64,000 bases of DNA from Narcine bancroftii. Taxonomy: Eukaryota. The position numbers and the translations under genes are program-made. This document shows, one piece after another, positions 12,695 through 25,239 of this stretch. The stretch spans positions 239,940,001 through 240,004,000 of the forward strand of contig NC_091472.1 of NCBI RefSeq assembly GCF_036971445.1. Direction: 5' to 3'. The notes below the pieces were generated by a model that was given only the letters and a program-made list of their open reading frames with translations, was not told where the DNA came from and made no database searches. The stretch's first letter is position 1; the number at the start of each line of letters is the position of its first letter.

Positions 12695-15600
12695 AGGGAA
12701 AATATCACATCTGTGCTCAGACAGGACAAACCAGAGGCTACACGGATGGAGCTGAATAACCCCATGACCACACTCATGGGGTTGTATTACAGACCGCTCA
12801 ATGGTCAATGAGAAATGGAGGAGCAAATCTGCAGAGACATAGCAGAGCTGCAGGAAACATAAGGTTGTGATAGGAGGAAATTTTAACTTTCTATGATTTA
12901 ACTGGGGGTCCAGTACTGTAAAAGGGCTGGATGGTTTGGAGTTTGCTTAATGTGGTCAGGAAAGTTTTCTAAATCAATATGTAGAGACACCAATTAGAGA
13001 GGACATAATACTGGATCTTCTATTTGGGAATGAGATAGGACAGGTGTAGGGGAAGATATTGGGCATCATGATCATAATGGCATTAGTTTCAAGTTAATTA
13101 TGGAGAAGGATAGGCCTGAGCCTTGAGTTGAGATTCTAAGTTAGAAAAGGTAAATTTTGAGGAAATGAGAAAGAATCTAGAATGTTATTTTTGGTTAAGG
13201 ATGTACAAAGTAAGTGGAGGACCTTCAAAGGAGAAATTTTCAGAGTACAGAGTTTGTATGTTCCTGTCAGGATTAAAAGTGGGGTTAGCAAGCATAAGGA
13301 ACCTGAGTTTTCAAGGAATATTTGGGATCTGGTTCAGAAGAGAGAGGTGTACAGCAGGTATAGACAACAAAAGAACAAATGAGTTTTTTGAGGAGTATTA
13401 AAAAATGCAAGAAAAAGCTGAAGAAAGAAATCAGGAGGCTAAAAGAAGACATAAGGTTGCTTTGGCAGATAATATGAAGGAAATTCCAAAGGGTTTCTAC
13501 AGGTATATTAAGAACAAAAGGATAGCAAAAGACAAAATTGATCCCTTGGTAGATTAGACTGGCCGGCTATGTATGGAGCCAAAGGAGGTGGGGAAGATCT
13601 TAAATATTTTTTACATCAGTATTCATTTAGGTAATGGGCACAGAGTCAAGGGAAGTAAGGAAAACAAGTAGTGAGATCATAGAAGTCCTACAAATTAAAG
13701 AGGAAGAAGTGTTTGTTGTCTTAAAGCAAATAAGGGTGGATAAATCCCCAGGTTGGGTGGCCATTCCAATGGAGGACATGGTGTGTTTGCATTTGTTGTT
13801 TTTGCATTGCATACATATAAAACAACCTATGACTACGCCCTCCTTTGGAATGGCTGACCTATCCCCAGGTCTGACAAGATATTCCCTAGGACCTTGAGGG
13901 AGACTAGTGTAGAAATTGCAGGAGCCCTGGCAGAAATATTTAAAACGTCCTTAGTCACTTGTGGTGATGCCAGAGGATTGGGGGTTAGCTCATATTGCTC
14001 CATTGTTTAAAAGAGGTTCTAAAAATAACTCTTGAAATTACAGGCTGGTGAGCCTGATATCAGTAGTAGTTAAATTATTGGAAGGTGTTCAATTAGATCA
14101 GATATAGTTAGTCCTCAACAAGACCATAATTGATCATAATTCGGATTGGACATAAATCGGATTAGCCCCAGCAAGCATGGCTTAACAAAGTCTTAAAGAA
14201 ATTAAAAAAAAATTCAGCAAATTAACCTTTAATGAGAATGTACAGTACCTTTAATAAAGATACAACATATGACCTTGGGCTGCTGCAGGAAGCGGGGACT
14301 TCGGGCTACACCAGGAGCAGGGACTTCAGGTTGCCGCAGAGAGTGTGGATGGTGGGTTTACTAAAAATTAATTTGTGTTTTAGATTCAACTGTAACTACA
14401 ACCATTTATTAAAATCTCAATTTAGTGCGACTATTTTTCTCGGGATACAATTTTTTGGACCCAAACTATCGTGTATAACAGGGTTTTACTGTATACAGTA
14501 CTTTTTTAAAATTTAGGATTATTCAATCACTGGACATTAAAAGTTGCAAAGTTCAAGTTAGACATTAATATAAAATATAAAATATAAAATATTACTCCCC
14601 TTTCTAATTCCCTAAATATTCTAAACCCCCCCCTATATAAAAATACCACAAAAACAAAAAATATATATATTTTCTTCCCCTCAGTAAACTACTAAAAAGT
14701 AGTAACTCCCTAAAAATCTGGGTGTGGTAAAACCCACAAGTGGCAGACGACTATCAGGTCTCAGTGTGATCCATCCCCCCCCAATCAGACTTTCACAAAG
14801 TAATTATTCAGACATATTCAACCCAGCGATTCCAATCCCAATGATTGTTCCGGGTCTTCAATATTAAGAAGACTTTGCGTCAATTCAACCTTCTTTCCAT
14901 TCTTTCCATGTTTCCCATTCTTTCTATTCCCATTTCCATTTACCCTCCTTTTAAGCGACGATAATGGCGACCATCCACTTCCTAGCAAATCTGGCAACGA
15001 ATTAGCAAAAATTAATGCATCATGATCATTTTCAAAAAATTGAGACTGAAAACTTCCATAAAAAACTTTAAATACAGCTGGGTAACGAAAAGCAAACTTG
15101 TAACCCTTTCGCCACAACACTTCTTTAGCTAAATTAAAATCTCGGCACCTTCTAATAATTTCTTCATTCAAATCTGCATAGAAGAACACTCTGTTATTTT
15201 GAACCATCATTGGAGTCTGATTTTGCTGCGCCTTCTGCACCGCAACTCGTAATATAATTTCTCTATCTTGATATTTCAAACAACAAATCAAAACTGCCCT
15301 CGGTGGTTGACCTAGAAACAGTTTTTTCCTCAATGCTCTATGCACTCGATCCAACTCTAGACCATCTGGAAAAAATTCCTTGCCCAGTACCTCAGGAATC
15401 CATTTCTTAAAAAACTTTACCAGATCTGAATCTTCCATATCTTCTGGGAGACCTACTATTTTTACATTATTTCTTCAACCTTGATTCTCCAATGAGTCAA
15501 TCTTCTTCAGTCATTCCTTCTTCTGAATCCCCCAATCCATGAAAGAATCCTCCACTTTTTCCATTTTTTCTCTATTACGATCCACTTGGTTCTTACATTC

Positions 15601-17730
15601 AAAAAAAGCTTCTTCAATTTAAAAAAAAATTATCCTGTACAGTGTCCACTGTTTTTATACATCTACTAACATCACTTTTAACTATAGTCATATCTTTCTT
15701 TACAGAGGTCATCTCTTCACACATATTGTTCATTTTAGTTTTCACTTCCATTAATCCTTGATTTATCTGAGTAGACATTTGCATTGACATGTTTTACATT
15801 TGATAAGCAATCCCTTCCAATATTGTAAAAACAGAATCCAGTCCAGGTTCCATCACTTCCCCTTGAGACCTACCTTCTCTGGTACCAGTCCCCATATATT
15901 CTTCCTGTGTTGATTCCAATAGCGCTGGGCTTTCCTCCTCTTCTGACACAATGGTTCCTCTTCCAGGGCGGCTGCGGGTCTGGATACCATTTGACAGTGT
16001 GCCAACCTCATGAGCCCGCCATCTTTCAGGTTCCCCCACACCTCACACCTTCTCTAATAAATCTCAAACTCGCGATGCACCGCGAGTCACCGACCGCACA
16101 GGTGCATCTTCTGACACTACACTGTGCGCCCCTAGACCACTAAGCATTACTGCGGGGTCATGAGTCTGTCCCCACTCAGCTGATCTGCCCATGCACCCGG
16201 GCTCTGATTTTGGAGTCTGATTTTGCCGTGCCTTCTGCACCGCAACTCGTAATATCATTTCTCTATCTTGATATTTCAAACAACAAATCAAAACTGCCCT
16301 CGGTGGTTGACCTGGAAACGGTTTTCTACGGTGATAGACCATTTAATGACATGGCAAACAGTAGTTTTAATAAAGAAATTTTAAAAATTTTGGTCATATG
16401 TGTTGGTGAACTTAACTAACATAGGCCAGAAGTCGAGGACTACCTGTATTTGGATAGACAGGGACTGATTAGGGATAGTCAGCATGGCTTTGTGCTTGAT
16501 AGGTTGTGTTTAACCAATCTTAGAGCTTTTCTGAGGAGATTACCAGGAACATTGATGAAGGAAAGGCTGTGGATCTTGTCTATATGGACTTAAATAAGGC
16601 TTTTAACAAGTTCCCACATGGGAGGTTAGTCAGGAAGTTTCAAACGTTCACTATTCATGGTGAAGTAGTGAACTGGATTCAACAATGGCTGAACGGGAGA
16701 AGCCAGAGAGTAGTGGTGGATGATTGCCTCTCAGACTGGAGGCCTGTAAGTAGTGGTGTGCCTCAGGGATTGATGAACCATTGTTTGTCATTTATATAAA
16801 TGATCTGGATGATAATGTGGTAAATTGGATCAGCAAGTTTGCAGATGAGACTAAGATTGGAGGCATTGTGGACAGCAAAGAAGGTTTTCAAAGCTTGCAG
16901 AGAGATCTGGACCAGCTGGAAAAGTGGGCTGAAAAATGGCAGAAGGAATTTAATGCAGACAAGTGTGAGGTGTTGCATTTTGGAAGGACAAACCAAGTAA
17001 GGACGTACATGGTAAATGGTAGGGAACTGAGGAGTGCAGTAGAACAGAGGGATCTGGGAATACAGATACATAATTTCCTGAAAGTGGCATCACGAATAGA
17101 TAGGGTTGTAAAGAGAACTTTTGGCACATTGAACTTCATAAATCAAAGTATTGAGTTCAGGAGTTGGGAAGTTATGTTAAAGTTGTATAAAACATTGGTG
17201 AAGCCAAATTTGGAGTATTGTGTGCAGTTTTGGTCACCTAACTACAGGAAAGATATCAATAAGATAGAAAGAGTGCAGAGAAGATTTACTAGGATGTTGC
17301 CCAGACTTCAGGAACTGAGTTACGGGAAAAACTTAGGTCTTTACTCCCTGAAGCATAGAAGACTGAGGGGAGATTTGAATGAGTTATTTAAAATTATGAG
17401 GGAGATTGACAGGTAAATATAGGTAGGCTTTTTCCACTGAAGGTAGATGAAATACAAACCAGGGGGCAAGAGGAAAAGGGAAAAAGTTTAGGGGGAACAT
17501 AAGGGGGAACTTCTTAACACAGAGAGTGGTGAGAGTGTGGAATAGCTGCCAGCTGAAGAAATGAATGCAGGCTCAATTTTAATAATTAAGAATTTGGACA
17601 GGTAGATGAAAGGAAGATGTATGGAGGGCTTTGGACTGGGTGCAGGTCAATGGGACCAGGCAGAAAAATGGTTTGGCAAAGGCTAGAAGAGCTAAATGGG
17701 TCTGTTTCTGTGCTGTAATATTCTATGGTT
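12695..17730 (+). mobile_element. long CR1 LINE (~12695-14105 and ~16440-17730), interrupted by nested insertions
   Basis: Endonuclease remnants, VDKSPG, YMDLNKAFNKFPH, SGVPQG, YINDLD, SKFADETK and [13 protein letters not shown] (ORF 16781-17416). The CR1 sequence resumes after the ~2.3-kb insert. Confidence 0.85.
14505..16330 (-). mobile_element. L1/Tx1-type LINE 5' part: ORF1 plus first codons of ORF2, truncated
   Basis: ORF 14818-15438 has LELDRVHRAL...PPRAVLICCLKYQDREIILR...FFYADL...YPA (L1 ORF1 RRM/CTD-like). ORF2 start MSNLNFATFNVQ*LNNP at ~14565-14516. Confidence 0.85.
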
Positions 17731-18129
17731 CAATGGTTTTAACCTAGTGCCAGTCTTCAGGCTTCTGTACCTTCTGCCTGATGGATGAAGCGAGAGGGGT
17801 TATGACCAGGGTCCTTTATATTGTTGGGTACCTTCTTGAGACAGGCTTCAATGGATGGGGAGTTGGTGATGCACCTGGCTATTTTTATGACTTTCTGGAC
17901 CCTTCTGGATTGCTGGACACTTGAATTCCCAAACCAGTCTGTTGTGCAATCAGTCAGTATATTTTCTACGGTGATAGACTATTTAATGACATGTCAAACC
18001 TTCTTAGACCTTTTGGAAAGTACTGTTGTGCCTTGCTCAATGTGGTGGCTCCAGGAGAAGTCTTCTGAAATATGGACTCCCAGAAGTTGGACGTTCTAAT
18101 GCTCTCCACCTCCCCATCAAAGTGGATTG

Positions 18130-18780
18130 TTTAATTTAGTTTAGTTTAGTTTAGTTTATTTATATAGCAAATTTAAAACAACCCCCGTTGACCAAAGTGC
18201 TGTACAGATCATAATTACATCTTAACTTAAGCAGCTATTTAAAGTGAAATATAAAACGGGTACCCGAGCTTAGAATTGTACATACAACATGGTAACAATC
18301 AACAATCACTTCAAACCACTGGCAAGCAAAAATACAACTTCAGTCTGGATTTAAAATAGTTAAAGGAAGGGGCTGATTTGATAGGTAGAGGAATATGGTT
18401 CCACAATTTGGGGGCTACTATCACGAAGGCACGACCTCCCCTGAGTTTTCAATTTGACCGCGGAACAGTCAAGCACCCTAAATTGGCTGTTCTGAGGGGT
18501 CTTGAAGTGGAGTAGGGCATTAGGAGATTGGTGATTTGTTGGGGGCTGGGGGCTAATCCATTGATGGCTTTGTAAACAAACTGGAGAACTTTAAAATCTA
18601 CCCTGAGCCAAACTGGCAGCGAGTGAATGGAGGCCAGAAAAGGGGTGATATGGTCTCTCTTCTTGGCTCCTGTCAGGAGCCTTGCTGCAGCATTCTGAAC
18701 CAGTTGTAGTCGGGATAATGTCGACTAACTAATTCCTGTATAAAGAGAGTTAGAGTAATCTAAATGGGAGAAAATAAGGA
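18130..18780 (-). mobile_element. L2-type LINE 3' fragment with (TTTAG)n tail
   Basis: Minus strand encodes QLVQNAAARLLT. The simple-repeat tail is at ~18130-18160. Confidence 0.7.
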
Positions 18781-19650
18781 TAGATCCTTGGTTCCTCGGC
18801 CTCCCTAAATTCCACAATAATGTTCCTTGGTCTTGGTGACAGTGAGAGCACAATTGCTGTTCTGACTTCACTCAGTCAGGTTTATGATCCCCATCCTGTA
18901 TTCTCACTCATCATTTTATTTGGCCAAAACAGTGGTGTTAGAATTTGCTTCATTATCTCAGAGTCATGGCAAGCTGCCTTGTAGAGAGCTCTTCAAAAGA
19001 CTTCAATGGACGAGGAATCAACAGGGGATGGTGGTATGGGCTGAAAATGCAGAAGCTGCCATGACATGTCAACATGGGATGGAGAGCTGGGTCTGATGAC
19101 CAGCTTGTGCTGAGTTTTGTTTGCTTCCTGTCTCACACACTTCGAGAAACATTTGAGTAGCACTGTGTGTCAGCTGCTGTCCAACAGCACTAGAGATCTG
19201 GGTTCAATCTTGACATCATCCGCTGTCTTGGGTGGAACTTGCAATGTTCACTCTCCTTTCTCATGGTATTCATCTGGGTCCTCCGGTTTCTTCCCACGCT
19301 TCAATGAAATGTTGTCAGTAGGGGAACCATCCATTATAAATCATTTGCAGGGGTGTAGAAGAGTGGTAGAGAAGGGGGGGAAGTTAATGATGGGTGAGGA
19401 GAATCAAAGAATCATGGGACAATTGTCAGAATAGGAATGACAGGACAAAAAGTTGGCTGAAGGGCATGCATCCATGTTGTACCCCTCCATGACCTTTTTG
19501 AAACTCTAGAATGAATCCAGTGTAGAAAGAAAATAAGGCCTATTGATTACAAAAGACAATTAAAATAACATGGCTGCAAAACAAAAAGGATCGTTGACGC
19601 TTCTGGTATCCTCAGGTCCTATTTCAGCATTTATAGAGCATACATTGTTG

Positions 19651-19730
19651 TTTTTCTGCTGACCATGAGCTCTGCTCCATTTACATCATAAAAGCAATGT
19701 TTGAAGAGCCTTTCTATCCAATGTATAAAT
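19651..19730 (+). promoter_or_regulatory. crystallin promoter: AT-rich half-MARE TGCTGAC (19657-19663) and TATAAAT (19724-19730)
   Basis: Both motifs are seen directly upstream of ATG 19780. Confidence 0.65.
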
Positions 19731-19779
19731 ACCAAGTTGTAGCTACATGTGGTCAGTTAGTTATTGACTGCACACGACA

Positions 19780-22700
19780 ATGGGAAAGGCAAGACCATGT
19801 TTCACTTTGAAAATTATATTGTCATTGTCACCTTCTGTAATCTGATTCATTCCTATTTCTTTCTTCTGTTCTGAAATTGTTGATTGAAAATTCTGTTTTC
19901 TCCACAGATCATCTTCTACGAGGACAGGAACTTTCAGGGACGGCACCATGAGTGCAGCTCCGACTGTGCCGACCTGTCCCCTTACTTCAGCCGCTGTAAC
20001 TCCATCCGTGTGGATAGCGACTGGTGGGTGGCGTACGAGAAGCCCAACTATACGGGGTACCAGTATGTCCTGAGCAGGGGCGAGTATCCTGACTACCAAC
20101 GCTGGATGGGGTTCAATGACTGCGTCAGGTCCTGTCGCAGCTTCCCGCATGTGAGTTATAGCTTATGATTGATGTACTCCAGGCCATTGACCAACTGCTA
20201 TTTGACATATTTTTGCATAGTAGAGGAATAAAGAGTTATGGGGAACAGATGGGCCAGTGGAACTGAGTCCAGAGTGATGTTACTGAATGGCAGAGCAGTC
20301 TCGAAAGGCCAGATGACTGACTCCTGCTCCTTAGAGGGCCAGGACTTGCAAGAATTGAGCTTATGCATGATGTTTGAAGGATGTGTTTCTCTTTTTACGA
20401 TCTCTAATATGTATTCCCGCTTCTTAGATTTAGAGTCCATGTGGAGGTCGGTAGATAATTGGTTCCAAGTGTCAGCAGAGATGAAACAAGCGCAGGAAAG
20501 TGGTGAAGTTAGTCGTCCTATCTGACTCTCTGGTTCAGAGGGCACTGGGTAAAGATGGTTAATAGAAGCATTGATTTAAATTTAAATTTACAGGCCCTTG
20601 CCGCCCAATTACACCCAATTAACCTACTATCCCCGTACATTTTGAAGGGTGGGAGGAAACCAGAGCACCCAGAGGAAACCATGCAGACACAGGGAGAAGG
20701 TACAAACTTCTTACATGCAACACCGAATTCTAACCCGGATCACTGGCGCTGTAGCAGTGTTTTGCTCTAATCACTATGTTGCCCCCAATGAAGTAGCATT
20801 AAGGAAATAATATAAGGTAGTGGGGCCTTACAACTTGCAACAGAATCAGGGACTGAAACCTTCACTGGATTCACATTGCATTTGAATGCCATCCTATTTA
20901 CACTTGCTATGACAACCCACTGAAGGATGGGAAATTAGATAAGACAGAAAAGAATTTTGATAGGCAAAAACTCAGTGGAATGAATGACCTCCTCACGTTA
21001 AATTTTCATAAATCTTCGCAGGGTTTAGTTTGTAAGAAAACATTCATCTAATTCACAGAACTATTGTTTGTGAAACACAAAAGCTGAAATCTTGAGCAAA
21101 CAAAGAATTGCTGGAGGAACTCAACAGGTCTGACAGCATTCATGGGTAGAAATGGTCAGTCAAAATTTTAAGTGTGAAGTCCTAATCAATATCAAGATAG
21201 AAAAGGTGAAATTACACATAGAAAGGGAGAAAGAAGCTGGGGATGGGGCCAAGAGGTGATGGGGTATAGTACAGAAGGTGTGGGAAATGGAGATAGGGAG
21301 AGGGAGAGACCACTTGGAAGGCAGGTAGGAAATAAGTTAAAGAGAGACAGAGAGAGAAAAGTAAGGAAAGATGTAAAGAAGAGATAGCAACACTGGAGTC
21401 AGATGGAGTAGGTGGTCTCCTAAAATTAGAGGCCAATGTCCATGCCATTAGGTTTAAGGCTGCCCAGGAGGAATGTAACATGTTGTCCCTCAAGTCCGCC
21501 TCCCACTCCCAACAATGGGTGAGGATCTGGACAGACTGTAGGAATAGTTGGGGAGTTAAAAGGGTTGGCTACCAGACGCTTGTTTAGACCCCCACACAGA
21601 GTGGAGGTTCGGTAAAGCGACCACCTAAGCTGTGTCTGGTCTCACCCATATAGAGGAGGCCATATCAGGTGCTTTTCAATGGACTGGATTACAAAAGTCT
21701 GCCTTTTTAATTTATGATTTTGGAGAACCACCTTGAGCTTAAAGCAGAGAATGATGTCATTTGGCCCAATGAGTCCAGACTATCCCTATGCTAGAGCTAT
21801 CCAGTTATTGCCGCTCCCCTGAACTCTCCCACAACAATCACATTCTTTCAAGATTACCTTGTTGATGTTCGTCAGTTGATGAAAACCAATGAGAGAAGAC
21901 AGGCTGCATGTGGAACTTGAGGATGAAATGAGTGACAGTTAATGAGCAGAGTTAATGGCAAGGAGGAAATGAGGAATGAGGTCCATGAAGGCACTCACTT
22001 AAATAACACATTATTTTTTGCGTTAAGAAACCAATCTATTTATTGCCACTGTGGAGCATTTATTGTGGTGATCTCTTAACTAAAGTTACACATTAATTGA
22101 ATAACGCTACTCTAAGGCGGATCTAAATTCTGTAAAGTTTGTTCTTTTTTGGTTACAATATTCTTAGAACCCCAAAATAATCCTCTTGCGCATGGTGCTC
22201 TATTGATTAGACATGCACCTACATCCAAATCATAATTAGAATGTTATTGATGCACTATAAATAACTCCAAAGACTAGAATTTACCTGACTATAGGCTTTT
22301 ATTACTATAAACAGAAGGCACATGTCATTTTGCTGACATGAGACCCGAACTTGTTTTGCGGGAGGGGTTATGACATTTCTGCCTTTAATTGGGGAATCAA
22401 GGGGAGGAGCCACAGATACAATTAGCAAGGGGCGGGCCAGCCATACACATACAAATGGTATTAACAGTGATTCCACCACAGTTATTACCATAGGACACAT
22501 TTTCACTTGATTATATCAAGAATGCATTCAAATCACCCAAATACCTTTCTCGTGATATAACATGTAACAATTATAGTACGGAAACAGACATTCTCAGCCC
22601 CTCTAGTCCGCATTGATTTAAGTGAACTCCACTAGTTCCGCCTACCCGCTCTCTGCCCATAACCTTCCAATCACCTCTCATCCAACCTTCTCTTAAATGA

Positions 22701-23999
22701 CAAAATTGAAACTGCTGCAACCACCTCTTCCGGAAGATCATTCCACTCAGCCCCCACTCTCGGAGTGAAGAAGCTTCCGCTTAGGTTACTTCTAAAGTTT
22801 TCCCCCCCTAACCCTTAACTTATGACCTCTCGTTCTAATCTCACCTACCCTCAAGGGGAAGAGCCTATTCACACCTACTCTATCTATCCCCCTCATAATT
22901 TTATATTCCTCTATCAAATCTCCCCTCAACCTTCTACGCTCCAATGAAATAAAGACTCAGTCTACTCAATCTTTCTTTGTATTCTAGATACTGCAATCCA
23001 GGCAACATTTTAGTAAATCTTCTCTGCACCCTCTCTATTGATATCCTTCCTATAATTTGGGGACCAGAACTGCACACAATATTCCAAACTTGGCCTCACC
23101 AATGCCTTAAACAGTTTCAACATCACCTCCCAGCTCTTATAGTCTATGATTTATAAAGGCCAGCATACCAAAAGCCCTCTTTACCACCTATCCGGGTAAT
23201 CATCAGTTAAAATTTAGATTCTTTTGTATACTCATGAAATGGTGTGGTTCTCGAATGTCTTGTGGTGAGATTGTGAACCACATTGATCTCAAATTGCGGA
23301 GACTGCCAATACTGGAGTTTGAAGCAATAAAGAATCTGCTGGAGGAACCCACGGGTCGAGACGAATAGCATCAGCGGGAGAGAAAGAATGGATGATGGCA
23401 GGGGCTGAAATCCTTTATCAAGAGTCTTGATGAAGGGTTCTGGTCTGAGATATCAACTATTTTTTTCCTCCCTTTGATGTTGCTCAAGCTACCAAGTTCC
23501 TCCAGCAGGTTGTTTATTGATTTTAAATCATGGTTGTCTGTAGTATAACTACAATCAATGTCTTTAGATTTTGTCCATATTATTTCATTAAAGGTGAACC
23601 AGAAATGTAATTTATTATTGATAATTTCTGAGGCCTTGTACTACTGCATTTATTCATTATATTTGCATTAATATAGGTATTTTTGACATGATTATATTAA
23701 GGATGCATTAATTTTTATTCCAGTACCGAGGGGGCTCCTACAGGATGAAGATTTACGAGAGGCCTGACTTTGGAGGGCAGATGATGGAATTCATGGACGA
23801 CTGTCCCTCCGTCTACGATCGTTTCCGTTACCGTGACATCCACTCCTGCCAGGTGACCGATGGTTACTGGATCTTCTATGAACAGCCCAACTACAGAGGC
23901 CGTCAGTACTTCCTGAGACCTGGTGAATACAGGAGATATGGTGACTGGGGTGGCTACAACTCCACCATTGGATCCTTCAGGCGCATGAGGGACTTCTAA
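19780..23999 (+). CDS. cryg: gamma-crystallin (shark gamma-S1-like), 175 aa; exons 19780-19788, 19908-20150, 23724-23999
   Basis: MGK|[23 protein letters not shown]...RSFPH|[16 protein letters not shown]...FRRMRDF*. Intron 1 is GC-AG (AAG|GCAAGA). Intron 2 is GT-AG, 3.6 kb, expanded by transposons. AATAAA at 24041. Confidence 0.93.
22248..22480. mobile_element. solo LTR (233 bp)
   Basis: TG...CACCACA termini with 5-bp TSD GTTAT (22243-22247, 22481-22485). Confidence 0.65.
22560..23190 (-). mobile_element. CR1 LINE 3' fragment
   Basis: Reverse complement of [14 protein letters not shown] (ggggaccagaactgcacacaatattccaaacttggcctcacc) plus CR1 3' UTR. Confidence 0.8.
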
Positions 24000-25239
24000 A
24001 TGATTCTGAGCAAACAATTCTGTTTTTCAGAAATATCCTCAATAAAAATAAAATTTTAGCTGTAGTACAAGAACCCTTGTTCGCTCATATTTATTGACTG
24101 ATGTAAAAATAAATAGAAATTGGTCAGTATTAGTGTCTCATATTTTTCTCTTTGCATTTACCATATATTCATCAGATTTCTAGCCATGTATTTGATTTAT
24201 ATATTTACTTCATAAAAGTAAAATTTAAACTTTCATTCAGTGACTGTTGACTAAAATCCAAGGAATAAAATCAAAGGCCACTTTTTCCTCATGCAGCTGA
24301 TGCAGGGGATGCTAGAATTAAGATCCAGCGCTCAAAGTATGAGGATGGGCAGGAATAAATTTGCCTTCAATGCCAGCAACAAATCTATCAAAAGATCTTT
24401 GACAAGAAAGATCATTGAGAACACACTGGACAATTGAAAATCAACGCCACACCAGAGCCTGGAATCAGCTCGAGCACCACCAGTGGGAGAAAAAGAATGG
24501 TCAACATTGTGGGTCAGAATCTATCATCGGGACAGAAATAAAAATGAGCGGAAGCCACTTCCAGCATCAATAACATTTAATGGGGAAATAGATGGAATGC
24601 TCAATGTTGCCCTAAACTGATTTTAAATTAAAAATTTAAATTTAGATAGACAAGACAGTAATAGGCCCTTCTAGCCCACGAGCCTATACTGCCCAATTAC
24701 AAATCAATTGACCTACAACCCCAGTATGTTTTGAACGGTGGGAGGAAAGCAGAGAACCCAGAAAAAACCCACGCAGACACGAGGAGAACGTACAAACTCC
24801 TTACAGACAACGCCGGATTCAAAGCCGGGTCACTGGTGCTGCCACAGCGTTGCACTGATCACTATGCAACCATGCTGGAATCTTCATTAGACTAAGAATT
24901 GCTGGAGAAACTCAGCAGATTAGACAGCATCTATGGGGAGAAATGGTCAGTCAACATTTTGGGTCTGAACACTTTGTCTCGATAAAGGGTTTGTTCCCAG
25001 AACATTGACTGACTCTTTCTACTCATGGATGCTGTCTGACCCACCAAGTCCCTCCAGCAATTCTTTGATTGAGTTCCAGGTTTATTTGCCATCTGTGGTG
25101 CTCACTTCAATTGCAAGACAGAAAATATTTCCTGTCCATTCTCTAGATAGATTCTGAGAAGGATTTGAAAAAAAAAACCCTTGTAATTTGAAAAATGGGG
25201 CTCTTAATCAAGATACATGAAAAAATATTTGGATCATTA

